Of a stretch of DNA of 28,047 nucleotides, positions 1 through 8,537 are shown one piece after another. Each line of letters opens with the position of its first letter. Position 1 is the first letter of the stretch. A program made the position numbers and the translations under genes. Source of the DNA: Planctomycetota bacterium (GTDB lineage: Bacteria > Planctomycetota > UBA8108 > UBA1146); the NCBI GenBank assembly GCA_036338595.1, contig JAYZBV010000062.1, positions 1-28,047 on the forward strand, given 5' to 3'. Under the pieces are notes generated by a model, which did no database searches, had not been told where the DNA came from, and saw only the letters and a list, made by a program, of their open reading frames with translations.

Positions 1-656
1 GCGAGGTCAGAATTGGTCCAGATCTCCCCCTTGCGGGGTGCCTTGCCATCACGGGTGAAGGTTTCGAGGAATCCGGGTTGATCGGCAAGAACCCGGGCAC
101 TGATTTTCCAGTAGTGAGAGATCAACTCGGTGACAGGAAATCCTTCTCTGGCGTGGCGTATTGCCGGCGCAAGAACCCGATCCAGTGGCAGCACTCCGAA
201 GCGTCCGTGCAGTGCTGTCCAGCCATCCACACATCCGGGCACCGAGATGGGCAAGGTACCGTGGGCGGGAATTTCCTTCTTCTCGAGTGCCTCGACTTCT
301 TTCCTCATCTTCTCGAGGGTCAGGGAACGGGGAGATCGGCCAGAGCCATTGTAGCCGTGGAGTTTCTTCTCCTTGGCATCCCAGACGATGGCAAACAGGT
401 CCCCGCCGATACCATTTCCGGTCGGCTCCATCAGGCCCAGGCACGCATTGGCGGCGATCGCTGCATCTACAGCACTTCCACCAGCCCGAAGAATCTCCAG
501 CGCTGCTTCGGTCGCGAGCGGGTGACTGGTCGCAGCCATCCCATGCACAGCGAACACCTCGGACCGGGTGGCAAAGGACTGGCCCGTGATACGATCCCCT
601 CCACAGACCCGCAGCGAGATGGTCACCAGTAGCAATAACAAGAAAATCAGTTTCAT
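1..656 (-). CDS. ggt: Gamma-glutamyltransferase family protein, N-terminal part (runs off the left edge)
   Basis: Manual minus-strand translation from ATG 656: MKLIFLLLLLVTISLRVCGGDRITGQSFATRSEVFAVHGMAATSHPLATEAALEILRAGGSAVDAAIAANACLGLMEPTGNGIGGDLFAIVWD...YNGSGRSP...ISVPGCVDGW...LAPAIRHAREGFPV, the classic GGT N-terminal motifs behind a signal peptide. Open to the window edge, so missing from the ORF track. Confidence 0.93.
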   Translation of the reverse strand, partial: MKLIFLLLLLVTISLRVCGGDRITGQSFATRSEVFAVHGMAATSHPLATEAALEILRAGGSAVDAAIAANACLGLMEPTGNGIGGDLFAIVWDAKEKKLHGYNGSGRSPRSLTLEKMRKEVEALEKKEIPAHGTLPISVPGCVDGWTALHGRFGVLPLDRVLAPAIRHAREGFPVTELISHYWKISARVLADQPGFLETFTRDGKAPRKGEIWTNSDL

Positions 657-808
657 CGGATCGCCCCACCTTTCGAGGAGAAGGAGTCACATCCTAACTT
701 CGTTCCCCGGAGGGAGGAAGTGTGGGACCAAAGAGTGCCAGATGGTGGCCCCTGAGGTGACATTGGATTACTCTCCTCACCTCGATGAAGAGACAGACAG
801 GAGTAGGG

Positions 809-2092
809 TTGAGCGACATCCGCAATGAAGATCTGTTCGAAGTTGCTCGCCAGTTCTTTCCTGGAGGCGTCAACAGCCCGGTTCGCGCCTTCGGATCGGT
901 CGGGGGAACCCCTCGATTCATTCAAAGCGCCTCTGGATGCCGGGTCACCGACGCTGAAGGCAGCGAGTACATCGATTTTGTTGGATCCTGGGGACCGATG
1001 ATCCTCGGCCATGCTCATCCTGGAATACTCGAGGCGATCGCTCAGACACTTCAAGATGGCACCTCATTCGGAGCTCCGACGCAGCGAGAAAACCAGCTCG
1101 CTTCGCTGATCGTTCAGATGATGCCCGGCGTGGAGATGGTGCGTCTTACTTCCAGCGGCACGGAGGCAACGATGTCGGCCTTGAGGTTGGCTCGTGGCAT
1201 CACCGAAAGAGATCTCTGCATCAAATTTGAGGGCTGCTACCACGGTCATTCCGACTCCTTCCTGGTCGCTGCGGGATCAGGAGCCGCCACTCACGGACAC
1301 CCCTCCAGTCCAGGTGTGCCTACAGCCACGGCGGATCTGACTCATGTTGTCCCCTACAACGATCTGGAGTCAGTCACTGACTGGATGCGTGAGAAGGGTG
1401 ATCAGGTCGCTGCCATCATCGTCGAGCCGATCGCAGGAAACATGGGTTGCGTTCTTCCCGCTGCCGGATTCCTTGAAGGACTGAGAGAACTTTGCACGCA
1501 ACACGGGGCGATGCTGATCTTCGACGAGGTGATGACTGGTTTTCGTGTCCACCCGGGTGGTGCACAAGGCTTGCTTGGAATCGATCCAGATCTGACGACC
1601 CTCGGCAAGATCGTCGGCGGAGGAATGCCGATGGGGGTCGTCTGTGGCCCCCGTTCTGCGATGGAGCAGTTCTCCCCCATCGGTCCCATCTACCAGGCGG
1701 GAACGCTGAGCGGTAATCCGCTCTCGGTCGCTGCGGGAATCGCGTTGCTGACCCAACTGAACAACTCTTCAAAGGAGATCTATCGCGATCTGGAGGCGAA
1801 GGGGCAGCGGCTCGAAGCAGGATGGAAGCAAGCACTCGAAGGTCATGGGATCGCACACTGCTGGAACCGAGTCGGCTCGATGTTCGGGCTCTTCTTCACC
1901 GAGGGGCCAGTCACCAACTTTTCCCAGGCTGCCACATCCGATCAGGAACTATTCAGACGCTTCTTTCATGGATTGCTGAAAGAGGGGGTGGCCATCGCTC
2001 CCTCACCCTTTGAGGCTGGCTTCCTGTCGCTGGCACACAGTGATGCAGATATCGATCAATCCACCGCTGCGGTCGAGGCCCTCTCCCTCTGA
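809..2092 (+). CDS. hemL: Glutamate-1-semialdehyde 2,1-aminomutase
   Basis: PGGVNSPVRAF, YIDFVGSWGPMILGH, SSGTEATMSALRLARG, KFEGCYHGH, FDEVMTGFR, TTLGKIVGGG (PLP lysine), YQAGTLSGNP. ORF track starts at ATG 785; in-frame TTG 809 follows AGGAG (799-803) and is the preferred start. Confidence 0.97.
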   Translation: MSDIRNEDLFEVARQFFPGGVNSPVRAFGSVGGTPRFIQSASGCRVTDAEGSEYIDFVGSWGPMILGHAHPGILEAIAQTLQDGTSFGAPTQRENQLASLIVQMMPGVEMVRLTSSGTEATMSALRLARGITERDLCIKFEGCYHGHSDSFLVAAGSGAATHGHPSSPGVPTATADLTHVVPYNDLESVTDWMREKGDQVAAIIVEPIAGNMGCVLPAAGFLEGLRELCTQHGAMLIFDEVMTGFRVHPGGAQGLLGIDPDLTTLGKIVGGGMPMGVVCGPRSAMEQFSPIGPIYQAGTLSGNPLSVAAGIALLTQLNNSSKEIYRDLEAKGQRLEAGWKQALEGHGIAHCWNRVGSMFGLFFTEGPVTNFSQAATSDQELFRRFFHGLLKEGVAIAPSPFEAGFLSLAHSDADIDQSTAAVEALSL

Positions 2093-2115
2093 ACAGCCTT
2101 GCCAGGCGGTAAGAC

Positions 2116-2153
2116 AAAAGAAAAGGCTCCCCGATCTGCTTGATCGGGGAGCC
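2116..2153 (-). terminator. Rho-independent terminator of the cohesin/dockerin gene (may also serve hemL)
   Basis: Perfect 12-bp stem GGCTCCCCGATC (2125-2136) / GATCGGGGAGCC (2142-2153), 5-nt loop, followed on the minus strand by TTTTCTTTT. Confidence 0.9.
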
Positions 2154-2181
2154 CAGTATCGTCAGGAGTGACTGGCGATTT

Positions 2182-3438
2182 CTACAGGTCGTCTGCATCT
2201 CCGTCACAGCCGATGCCATCTCCGGTGGTCGGGTCAAGACCCGCTGTCGGGAAGGGAGCACTCGGCTCAGGTCCGTCGAGGAACCTGTAGTTGAAGATGA
2301 AGATGCAGTCAGCAGCATCGATGGTGCCATCGTCGTTGGAATCGCAAGCATCCTCACATGTCGGGACATTTGAAGAACCTGGATCAAACAACCAGTTGAT
2401 ACCAAAGATACCGTCAGCAATGTTCACCTGGTCATCACCGTTGCAGTCACTGCGGAGGAACTCGTTGAAGTTGACCACCGTCAGAGTACCGCCAACCAGT
2501 GTCGGCTGGCTGAGGAAGCCCTGTCCCGCCCAGACTGCGCAGTCCTGCGGAGGATTTCCGGCTCCGTCAACGAATCCGGTGTCCATCGACCCTTCGGCAG
2601 TGGTCATCCAGTCGACGCCGAAGAGAGCGGTTGTTGCTCCAGCAGGAATCTGGTTATCCAGAGTTCCGTCGCTTCCGAGGTCAGCGATCCCGCCGAATAC
2701 GATCGCACCAGGCGTGGTGGTGGGATCCTGAACAGCGAAGAACTCGAAGGCAAACATGGGCGTCACACCGGTCAGCATGGCGACAGACCCGTCGTAGCTC
2801 ACATTGACCTGCACCGCATCGATGGCGGGCATGGTGACATTGACGAGGCTCACCGTGGTTCCTGCCGCATTACCCAGCACCGCAGTCGAACTCGAGGCGG
2901 TGAACTGGTTGGGGTTGATCACATCCACCGTTCCGCAGTTCTGTGCCGGAGGAATACTGGCTCCACCGCTAACCACCACGGTGGCCACTGGAGGAGCTCC
3001 CTCGGAGTCACAGAAGCAGACACTGGCATCGTCGGCACCCGTGATGGTGTAGTCCATCGTCATCATTTCGAAACCGCTGACGATTCCAACCACTGCGCAT
3101 CCTGTGAAACAGAGCACGACTCCCTGAGTCGCTCCTGTCGAATACACACTGATCTGATCGAAGTCCGGCGTGCCACCGTCATTAGAGGTTGCTGTATCCG
3201 CACCCGACGTTGCGCCGTTGATAGTCAAGAGATCTGTTGGATGACAAACACCCATCGACCATCCTTGCACATCGGCGCCAATGTTATCCATGAGCGCTGA
3301 GAGGGTGACGTCATCTCCTGTGGAGCCTGCACCATCGGTCACCGTAAACGTGTAGTCGCCTCCACCAGCATTGGCAGTGGCAGTCACCGTGAAAGCGATG
3401 GCGAGTACCATCAAGCTAGTTATGAATTTGCGAAGCAT
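2182..3438 (-). CDS. Secreted protein with two cohesin-like beta-sandwich domains and a C-terminal dockerin-like domain
   Basis: ATG 3438 after GAAAGGA; Sec signal MLRKFITSLMVLAIAFTVTATANA; two ~145-aa modules with cohesin-like patterns (GDDVTLSALMDN..DVQGWSMGV...GTVDV; TTVSLVN...AIDAVQVNVSYDGSV...GGTLTV); tail with duplicated Ca-binding loops DCNGDDQVNIAD and DSNDDGTIDAAD. Gene certain; cohesin assignment by eye. Confidence 0.8.
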   Translation of the reverse strand: MLRKFITSLMVLAIAFTVTATANAGGGDYTFTVTDGAGSTGDDVTLSALMDNIGADVQGWSMGVCHPTDLLTINGATSGADTATSNDGGTPDFDQISVYSTGATQGVVLCFTGCAVVGIVSGFEMMTMDYTITGADDASVCFCDSEGAPPVATVVVSGGASIPPAQNCGTVDVINPNQFTASSSTAVLGNAAGTTVSLVNVTMPAIDAVQVNVSYDGSVAMLTGVTPMFAFEFFAVQDPTTTPGAIVFGGIADLGSDGTLDNQIPAGATTALFGVDWMTTAEGSMDTGFVDGAGNPPQDCAVWAGQGFLSQPTLVGGTLTVVNFNEFLRSDCNGDDQVNIADGIFGINWLFDPGSSNVPTCEDACDSNDDGTIDAADCIFIFNYRFLDGPEPSAPFPTAGLDPTTGDGIGCDGDADDL

Positions 3439-3856
3439 TTGCAAAGTTCCTTTCGCTGTCACTCCTGAGTGCCGAAACACCCGTATCACACCCCATGAAT
3501 TTCTATCGATGGAACAACACCTGTGTTCCTCTTCCGGAGAACTCCATCCAGCAAACTGCCTAGCAGGAGCATTCCGTTTTGCGACCCACAGAGCCGTGGG
3601 CCATCAAATCTCAACATTTCAGTCTCAGCAGACCTACCGGCCCACTATTTCAGGTGGGGAAAATGGCATGCACGCCTGGCCACGAATGACCCGCATCGCA
3701 CACCAACCCACCTCCTCGGAGTTCCCACTCGAACCCGATAATCCAGGTCAAGGAACTCCAGCCAGGACAGTGAACCCAATCGAGCAAGTGTCTCCCGGGT
3801 CGATCACCCGAAAATTGGCCAGATTGATTCGATCTGTCAGAACCCAAGCATCCTTG

Positions 3857-3884
3857 AGTATATCGACTTATCGGTCGTTGCCAA
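3857..3884 (-). promoter_or_regulatory. Putative sigma70-type promoter for the cohesin/dockerin gene
   Basis: Minus strand TTGGCA (3884-3879) - 16 nt - TATACT (3862-3857); the -35 box lies inside the inverted repeat TATCGGT-N11-ACCGATA (3869-3893). Confidence 0.5.
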
Positions 3885-4129
3885 GTACCGATAGCAAGCC
3901 AGGGAATGGAGGTAGGACACGGAAGAACCCCTGTTTGTGAGGACGGCCGCGCCCCCGATTCACCAGGACCTATCCGGAAAGGAGTGAGGAGTGAGGAGCA
4001 AACCAGACCCCAGCTCGCCGAACACACGACCGTTCTCGCAAACAGTTCTCGTGGACCACCTTATGAAACATATACTCTTCATCTCGCGGATCTCCGACTC
4101 CCCCATCAAACCGTGAAATTATTGCCTTG

Positions 4130-7100
4130 TCAATCCGCTTCACTACATACAAACTCCAGTAAATCGCGTATTTCATCCGCGGTCAGAGTCCAGTGGATCT
4201 CCGGCATCGCTGAAATCCCCGTGTCGGTCTCAAATCCCTCTACAAGGGCCGCTGAGGGGTCCACCAGGCTGCTCAAGATCTGCTCCCGGGATTGCCTGGC
4301 TCCGATTCCATCCAGTGCTGGACCGGCGACACCGCCGTTTCCCCGTAACGAATGGCACCTCAGACACTGAGCGACCGGATGGTCCAGAAAAATGTTCCGC
4401 CCGCGATCGATATTTCCACCAGCGAGAGCCCACTGATGGTCTGCGACCCGGTCTATCCCTTCCCCCTCCTGGATCCTGGCAGCGCGATTTTTGAGTTGCT
4501 CCGAGTCACTCATGCTTGCGGCGATCAGTACATCGAGATGCAACTCAGCCTCGAGATCATCCTTCTCGAGCGCATCGAGCCATGCTGTGAGAAGCGCTAT
4601 CGCCGAGGTCTCCTTCTCGGCTCCGATCGCCCGAATCGCTAACTGTCGAATCTCCATCTCGTTGGCATCAGTGGTCAATTGTTTCAGTTTTTGCACCCGA
4701 ACGCTCTGGTCCTCCTCGAATCGCTCCGCCTCGACACGAAGTGCCGCGATTCCTGCAGATCGAGCTCGACCCAGAGCGATTCCTGCATGTTCAGGATGAT
4801 GCTCGACGATCTGGCGCAGAGCCTGGATTCTGAATGAGGTTTGTTGTGAAGCGTCGGCAAGGATTGTCTCGTTGACCGACAGGGGAAGATCAATGCCGTG
4901 AACGCTGGCAACCTGTTGAGCAACGCCCGCCAGGTGATTTCCCTTTTGAATCAAATCCAGTAATGGGGCAGATATCTCGGATCGAATCGCCTCCGAACTT
5001 CTTGACGGTCCACCGTAGGGACGAATCGTACCCCTGACGAGGTCTCTCGGTCCTGGTTCTACCCAGTTGAGCACTGCCTCGATCGCCAGCCTCCCGGCCT
5101 TGCTCGGAATGTCATCGCGACCAGCAAGACTTACCAACGCAGCGGCATGCCTCGTATCTCCATGGCGCAAGGCCGCGTCGATCACTCTTCTCAGGTAGGG
5201 AAGTCGATGATCTCCCCTCCCCTTGATGGCATTCTTCTCTTGCAACAGCTGGTCGTATACCTGCTGCTGCGGTTTCAGTACTCGTCTTCCTACGGGGGAG
5301 AGTTGCTTCTTCCACCAGATTTCTAGATCCACTACGTCGCTGTTTTTCTCCGTGTTATCGCTACGTGTGGCGACGAGGGCTGCTCTGATCGGCGCCTCGA
5401 ACAGATCGGATGGGTTTTCACTCCAACGATCGACAAAGGCACGATAAGACCACAGGTCTGCGCGTTCTGTTGGGCGGCTACTTTTCCTGCGGACTCCTCC
5501 CCATTCGATTTTTCCACCTGTCTGGGTCATGGCGATTCCGAGCACCGTTTTCCCGGCCTCGATACCGATCTTCGAGGCATCGACCTGTAGCTGGACCCAT
5601 TCTCCGGTTGCAGGAAGATCTCCTTGGCGAAGGAGTGAAGGCTCGCCATCGGTGCCCTGGGGAAATGTAGTCACACCCCAGTAGGCACGGTGTTCCCAGA
5701 CGGTCTCGTCGTCGACGCGCACCTGGAAACACATCGATTTGGGCACCTCCAGGATCCTCACATCGATGTGGTAGGTATCTCCCTCGGCGACGACATGGGG
5801 GTGAAGCGACTGTTCGAAATAGACCTGGCGTATCTGACCCGCCGGAGCTTCTTGTCGGATCACCTGGTCGATCCCCTCGGGAGCAACCTCGGGAGCCTCG
5901 ACCCACGGCCAATCTCGCTGGCCTCCATCGGCCACCTCGACACAAAAAGGCGGCATCTGGCCGCTGAAGGCGATGACATCGAGCGTCGAGGATCCCGGAG
6001 AGACCTGTTCTGGTTCCCCAACCACCAGTTCTCGCGCGGTTGCATCGAGGATCGTAAGTGCTTCCTCGATCTTTTTCTTTGCCGCGACGTGTTGTTTCTT
6101 GTCGGCGATGCCCAGCATCGTTTTCAGCGCTCCGTCGGGAGCTCCGGAATGGAACAAAACACGATCTGCAAGAGTTGGCATTGCATCGAGCACGTATAGA
6201 TCATGAATAGCACGTGCCGCCTCCGTGGCGATCTGAGCATCCTCGTCGGCCAGGAACATCGAGATCACCGGATGAACACCGGGAGACTTACGCCCACCGT
6301 CTCCAACCGGATGAGCAAAGAGAAAACCAGGGTGATGTTTCTTGCGTAATGCCAGTAAAACAGCGAGACGTACCTCTCGATTGTCAGACGTCGCATAGTT
6401 CATCAGATCCTGTGGCTTCGCCGATCCGGCGAGCCCCATCACTGCGGCATGACGCAACAGCGGATCCAAAGGGCCATCGATGGCCGCCATCTCCATCAAG
6501 CGCTCGACCGCTTCCGGTACTCCGATGCGTCCGATCGCCAATGCAGCATGAAACTTGACCCGAGGAGCGGGGTCATCGAGCAAGCGAATCAGCGGGCTGA
6601 TCGGCCCACCTCGCAGGTCTCCCAGCACTCGAGCGACCTGCTCTCGAACCGCTGCATCCTCATCATCACAGAGCCTGGAGAGGGATTTCACCTCCTCAGA
6701 TGAGCCCATCCCCTCGACTCTCGCCCACTGCCCCACCCCCCAGATTCCGTGCCTACGTTCCCTCAGCCCCTCACCGTTGAGGGCTACATCCAGCAGCATG
6801 GCAACCGAGTTTCGATCACCCCCTGCCAGATGAAACTGAACTCTTTGACGCACTCTTCGATCCGGATGGGCCAGCAACTGACCGAGCTGCGAGGAAGGCA
6901 ACTGCTGGAGATCGGTGGTGAGCCAGTGACCCACACGATGTTGCTGGCTCTGCGCCTGACTTTCGGGATGCCACACCTCCATCAAACGGCCTCGGTCGGT
7001 AGAACCCCAACCTCCACCCCAGGCAGAGATCCACATCTTTCCATCCGGAGTGAAATCCACATCGGTGCAAAGCACCTTGTTGACGAATACTTGCGAATCT

Positions 7101-8386
7101 GCGAGTTGAAATCCGGCTCCATCCTGCTCGAGCCTGAATCTCCACACCGATGAATTGCCCGGACTGCCACGGAAGTCGCAGAGAAAGAAACTGTCTCGAT
7201 TCTCTTCTGGCAAGCCAGTTCCTGGATAGTGAACGAATCCAGAGGGACCACTGGTGAGGTGAGCGATCGGGGCCAGTGCCCACACCGGCCGCACGGGATG
7301 ATCGAGTTTCCAGATCCCCTCCTGATCCCAGGGACCCCGTCTGTTGGCACCTTCCAGCGACTGGTACTCCATTCGCCAGCCGGTTTCCCCGCCCCACACG
7401 ATCTGTACCAGTCGTGCTTTGTCTCCTGCATCGGAGTTGTTATCTCCTGTGAACAGGTCTCCTCGATCGTCGATTGCCAGCTCCTGAGGGTTTCTCAGCC
7501 CAACATGAACCACCTCCAGGTCGCTTCCATCCGGTTCACATCGAAACACCGCTCCCGATCCAGGATCGGCCAGCAATCTGCCGTCTGCAGTGGTGAGGTG
7601 ATAACCCCGGTCTCCAATTGACCAGTAGATCCTGCCATCCGGCCCACGAACCAGTCCATGCATGTCGTGACCACGAAATGCAACTCGAATACCGAATCCA
7701 CGTTGCAACGAGACGTGCTGCTCCGCCACACCATCATCATCAGCGTCTGTCGCCAACCACAGGTGCGGAATATTGGTGATCCAGGCCTTGCCATCTTCGA
7801 CCAGAACACCTGCCAGAGTTCCATCGAGTGGAGCCTCGTATTTTGGTGTGAAGAGATTTCTGGCATCCAGGATGCCATCTCCGTCGGTGTCGACGAGACG
7901 TGTTAGCCGATCATCGTTGGCGCTGTAGTAGTCCATCCCTCCCTGGCGACGATCCTTGTATTTCTCATACATCGCCATCCGATCGTCAACCGTCTGGAGT
8001 GCCAGATCATCGAGTAACCAGTAATGACTGGATCGATTGTCTTCCACTCCATTTTCTTGCCTCGCAGATTCGCACACATATGCGCGACCCCTTGCGTCGA
8101 TACCAAAGGCGACCGGATCTCGGACCAACGGCTCTGCAGCAACCAGGCGCTTCTCGAAACCAGCGGGGACCTCGAGAAGTTCCAGAGCAGACTGCGCTTC
8201 TCGTGGCCAACCGGGCTCCGGTTCATCGGAAGGACCTGGTGCTGGATCTGCTTCGGGCACCGGATCTGCTGGAGGAGCTGAGAACCCATCTCCTGCCTCG
8301 AGTTGAAGGGCCATCAGGGCCAGGAGCAGCAGCAGAAAGACAGCAGTAGCGCCATTATTGGTATGATTCGCGACAGACAAGGGCAC
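4130..8386 (-). CDS. PVC-type heme-binding CxxCH protein (glucose/sorbosone-dehydrogenase-like beta-propeller, HEAT repeats, cytochrome c) with a large internal insertion
   Basis: GTG start after GGAGG; signal peptide; LVAAEPLVRDPVAFGIDARGRAYV, GHDMHGLVRGPDGRIYWSIGD, GLRNPQELAIDDRGDLFTGDN; HEAT-like repeats (DEDAAVREQVARVLG, DPAPRVKFHAALAIG); C-terminal GRNIF...CLRCH...GPALDGIG...SLVDPSA...SAMP. Confidence 0.9.
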   Translation of the reverse strand: MPLSVANHTNNGATAVFLLLLLALMALQLEAGDGFSAPPADPVPEADPAPGPSDEPEPGWPREAQSALELLEVPAGFEKRLVAAEPLVRDPVAFGIDARGRAYVCESARQENGVEDNRSSHYWLLDDLALQTVDDRMAMYEKYKDRRQGGMDYYSANDDRLTRLVDTDGDGILDARNLFTPKYEAPLDGTLAGVLVEDGKAWITNIPHLWLATDADDDGVAEQHVSLQRGFGIRVAFRGHDMHGLVRGPDGRIYWSIGDRGYHLTTADGRLLADPGSGAVFRCEPDGSDLEVVHVGLRNPQELAIDDRGDLFTGDNNSDAGDKARLVQIVWGGETGWRMEYQSLEGANRRGPWDQEGIWKLDHPVRPVWALAPIAHLTSGPSGFVHYPGTGLPEENRDSFFLCDFRGSPGNSSVWRFRLEQDGAGFQLADSQVFVNKVLCTDVDFTPDGKMWISAWGGGWGSTDRGRLMEVWHPESQAQSQQHRVGHWLTTDLQQLPSSQLGQLLAHPDRRVRQRVQFHLAGGDRNSVAMLLDVALNGEGLRERRHGIWGVGQWARVEGMGSSEEVKSLSRLCDDEDAAVREQVARVLGDLRGGPISPLIRLLDDPAPRVKFHAALAIGRIGVPEAVERLMEMAAIDGPLDPLLRHAAVMGLAGSAKPQDLMNYATSDNREVRLAVLLALRKKHHPGFLFAHPVGDGGRKSPGVHPVISMFLADEDAQIATEAARAIHDLYVLDAMPTLADRVLFHSGAPDGALKTMLGIADKKQHVAAKKKIEEALTILDATARELVVGEPEQVSPGSSTLDVIAFSGQMPPFCVEVADGGQRDWPWVEAPEVAPEGIDQVIRQEAPAGQIRQVYFEQSLHPHVVAEGDTYHIDVRILEVPKSMCFQVRVDDETVWEHRAYWGVTTFPQGTDGEPSLLRQGDLPATGEWVQLQVDASKIGIEAGKTVLGIAMTQTGGKIEWGGVRRKSSRPTERADLWSYRAFVDRWSENPSDLFEAPIRAALVATRSDNTEKNSDVVDLEIWWKKQLSPVGRRVLKPQQQVYDQLLQEKNAIKGRGDHRLPYLRRVIDAALRHGDTRHAAALVSLAGRDDIPSKAGRLAIEAVLNWVEPGPRDLVRGTIRPYGGPSRSSEAIRSEISAPLLDLIQKGNHLAGVAQQVASVHGIDLPLSVNETILADASQQTSFRIQALRQIVEHHPEHAGIALGRARSAGIAALRVEAERFEEDQSVRVQKLKQLTTDANEMEIRQLAIRAIGAEKETSAIALLTAWLDALEKDDLEAELHLDVLIAASMSDSEQLKNRAARIQEGEGIDRVADHQWALAGGNIDRGRNIFLDHPVAQCLRCHSLRGNGGVAGPALDGIGARQSREQILSSLVDPSAALVEGFETDTGISAMPEIHWTLTADEIRDLLEFVCSEAD

Positions 8387-8474
8387 CTCCTGATCCTCCC
8401 GAATGGGGAGGCGATGCTGCTGTCATAGAAACAGCATCCGCTCCGGTCAAGGGGAGGCCTGTCGCCAATGGCAA

Positions 8475-8509
8475 GGAAAAAGCCCCGACCGAATGAACTG
8501 CCGAGGCTT
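8475..8509 (-). terminator. Rho-independent terminator after the giant HYR gene
   Basis: Minus strand AAGCCTCGGC-N10-GTCGGGGCTT (10 bp, two G-U pairs) running into a T tract, ~30 nt after the stop at 8538. Confidence 0.75.
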
Positions 8510-8537
8510 CTTATCAGGAACTGCAAATATACAACCC

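Noticed and set aside
49..690. ORF-track entries 49..690 (-), 78..632 (+) and 161..589 (+)
   Set aside because: Off-frame or antisense shadows of the ggt reading frame that starts at 656.
754..783. GAGGTGA/TCACCTC inverted repeat upstream of hemL
   Set aside because: Only 7 bp with a 16-nt spacer and not covering the likely RBS; no further support.
3541..3610. Minus-strand GTGGGTCGCAAA resembling the c-di-GMP-I riboswitch core
   Set aside because: No upstream GGCAAA element, no GNRA loop on the preceding stem and no recognisable receptor stem.
3980..3999. AGGAGTG AGGAGTG AGGAGC short tandem of SD-like words
   Set aside because: Under three copies with no credible downstream ORF; compatible with chance slippage.
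3371..4370. ORFs 3371..3940 (+), 3650..4027 (-), 3906..4370 (+) and 3970..4176 (-)
   Set aside because: No recognisable motifs, atypical composition, and overlap with real genes or the predicted promoter and leader.
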